A stretch of 32,000 nt of DNA from Candidatus Iainarchaeum sp. (lineage in GTDB: Archaea; Iainarchaeota; Iainarchaeia; Iainarchaeales; DTGL01). The stretch is from NCBI GenBank assembly GCA_038736825.1, contig JAVYME010000002.1, forward strand, positions 10,783 through 42,782. The letters are read 5' to 3'. The notes beneath the pieces were generated by a model that ran no database searches, was not told where the DNA came from, and saw only the letters and a program-made list of their open reading frames with translations. Each line of letters opens with the position of its first letter. Positions within the stretch are counted from its first letter, which is position 1. Shown one piece after another: positions 31,120 to 32,000 of this stretch. The translations under genes and the position numbers were made by a program.

Positions 31120-32000
31120 CTATTTCTTTTTCTTTTCTTCTTTTTCCGCTGTTTTTTCTGCTGCGCTTTTTGTCCCTTCATTGTGTTTTTTTATTGCTTC
31201 CTCTATTTTTGCTTTTTTAGAGTATTCTTCTATGAAGCGCACTGTGTGTATTCCTTCAAGGTGTTTCATTGCAATTTCGGCAAAGGCTTTTTTGAAGGGA
31301 CTGATTCCGGAAGCGAATTTTTCAGGCACCATGATTTCAATAATGCCTTCTTTTGCGCTCCACTTTGAGTCTTTTTCATCCAAGAATGGCAAGTATTTTT
31401 CCATGAATGCCTTGATTTTTTCGTTTTTTTCTTTCACTATTTCCTTGACTTCTATTTCGTATTTTACTTTTTTTCCTGCAAGAGGGTGGTTGAAGTCAAC
31501 GCGCACTCTTCCTCCGCTGACTGTTTGAACTCTGCCTTGCATGTTGTTTATTTCCACTGGCATTCCTGGAAAAGGCATTATTTTTTGTTCTTTGAATTCT
31601 TTTAATGGAACCATTCTCAGGAATTCTGGGTTTCTTTCCCCAAATGCGTCCTTTGGCTCCAATTCCAAGGAAATCTTTTTTCCCGGCTCGCTGTTTTGGA
31701 TTGCTTCCTCTATTTTTGGGAAAAAGTCGTGTTCGCCTATTATTGCTATTGCCGGCCGGTATTTTCTTTTTTCATTAAAAATGCCGGCTTCTATTGCTTT
31801 TTTTTCCACTGTTGTGTCAAATACTTGGTTGTTTCCATCCATTGCTGTAAAGTCAAACTTGACTATCTCGCCTTCCTTCCCCCGTTTATCCCGAACTGCC
31901 TGTGCGCGTGCCGCAAGCTCGTCAAGTGGGATCTTCCAGAAGCTTTCGATGCCCGCATCACGGGCAAGCGAAAGGACATAGTTCGTGGCATTGTCGCCAG
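31120..32000 (-). CDS. FKBP-type peptidyl-prolyl cis-trans isomerase, long archaeal (SlyD-like, IF-domain) type. The 5' end is not resolved; the frame is open to the window end.
   Basis: Motifs present: VFDTT, GMPVEINN..GRVQTVSGGRVRVDFNHPLAGKKVKYEIEV, and a C-terminal helical domain with a K/E tail. The track ORF starts at ATG 31842, but the first FKBP strand (KEGEIVKFDFTA) lies upstream of that Met in the same frame. No start codon occurs between it and position 32000, according to my hand translation. Confidence 0.85.
   Translation of the reverse strand, partial: GDNATNYVLSLARDAGIESFWKIPLDELAARAQAVRDKRGKEGEIVKFDFTAMDGNNQVFDTTVEKKAIEAGIFNEKRKYRPAIAIIGEHDFFPKIEEAIQNSEPGKKISLELEPKDAFGERNPEFLRMVPLKEFKEQKIMPFPGMPVEINNMQGRVQTVSGGRVRVDFNHPLAGKKVKYEIEVKEIVKEKNEKIKAFMEKYLPFLDEKDSKWSAKEGIIEIMVPEKFASGISPFKKAFAEIAMKHLEGIHTVRFIEEYSKKAKIEEAIKKHNEGTKSAAEKTAEKEEKKKK

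Noticed and set aside
1-32000. I looked for tRNA, rRNA or other structured RNA genes, for IS elements, integrases or transposases, and for toxin-antitoxin or known defence genes.
   Set aside because: Apart from the 9112-9291 and 27852-28414 spacers, all intergenic regions are short (under ~160 bp) and AT-rich, with no GC-rich cloverleaf-like segments. No ORF shows DDE, tyrosine or serine recombinase, Cas, restriction or TA-type motifs that I could recognise. A covariance-model scan (tRNAscan-SE, Infernal) would be the decisive check.

Overview
This looks like a compact, AT-leaning archaeal chromosome fragment that is almost fully coding. Many genes are translationally coupled through ATGA or short overlaps, and TTG/GTG starts with GGGGG/GGTG Shine-Dalgarno-like motifs are frequent. 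I found no rRNA, tRNA, CRISPR array, transposase or integrase.

Archaeal markers:
- aCPSF1/FttA-type KH + beta-CASP RNase
- proteasome beta subunit
- Fap7/AK6-type kinase
- geranylgeranyl reductase
- archaeal-type PGK
- long-type FKBP
- AMMECR1
- an NFACT-N protein
- several class III (prepilin-type) signal peptides

These sit next to bacterial- or eukaryote-like metabolic genes, namely a class I GAPDH and a GT3 glycogen synthase. That mix, plus the tight packing, suggests a small-genome DPANN-like archaeon. This is inference only and I cannot verify the taxonomy.

Three blocks stand out:
1. 1-4207 (-): an operon of five consecutive pilin-like genes. One is a 779-aa protein with a split, MIDAS-degenerate vWA domain and a CARDB-like end.
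2. ~5.9-21.4 kb: a sugar/glycogen island containing GalT, PMM/PGM, gap-pgk, an archaeal GlgA-type synthase, GH57, a eukaryote-type GT3 glycogen synthase and a GDE-type debranching enzyme.
3. 14163-17069 (-): a ~968-aa lipobox protein inserted in that island. It has a Pro/Thr linker and seven tandem ~108-aa CARDB-like repeats whose DNA is mosaic, with 188-nt perfectly identical blocks alternating with divergent cores.

Smaller oddities:
- a perfect 34-bp tandem duplication of a BRE/TATA-like element upstream of gap
- a TTTCAC-N6-GTGAAA palindrome upstream of glgA
- a 563-bp non-coding T-tract-rich spacer
- an abrupt GC jump in the last ~120 nt of the window

Nothing here matches a known defence or mobile system. 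The most novel candidates are the pilin/adhesin locus and the mosaic CARDB surface protein. All functional calls come from motif recognition by eye; no database search was run.
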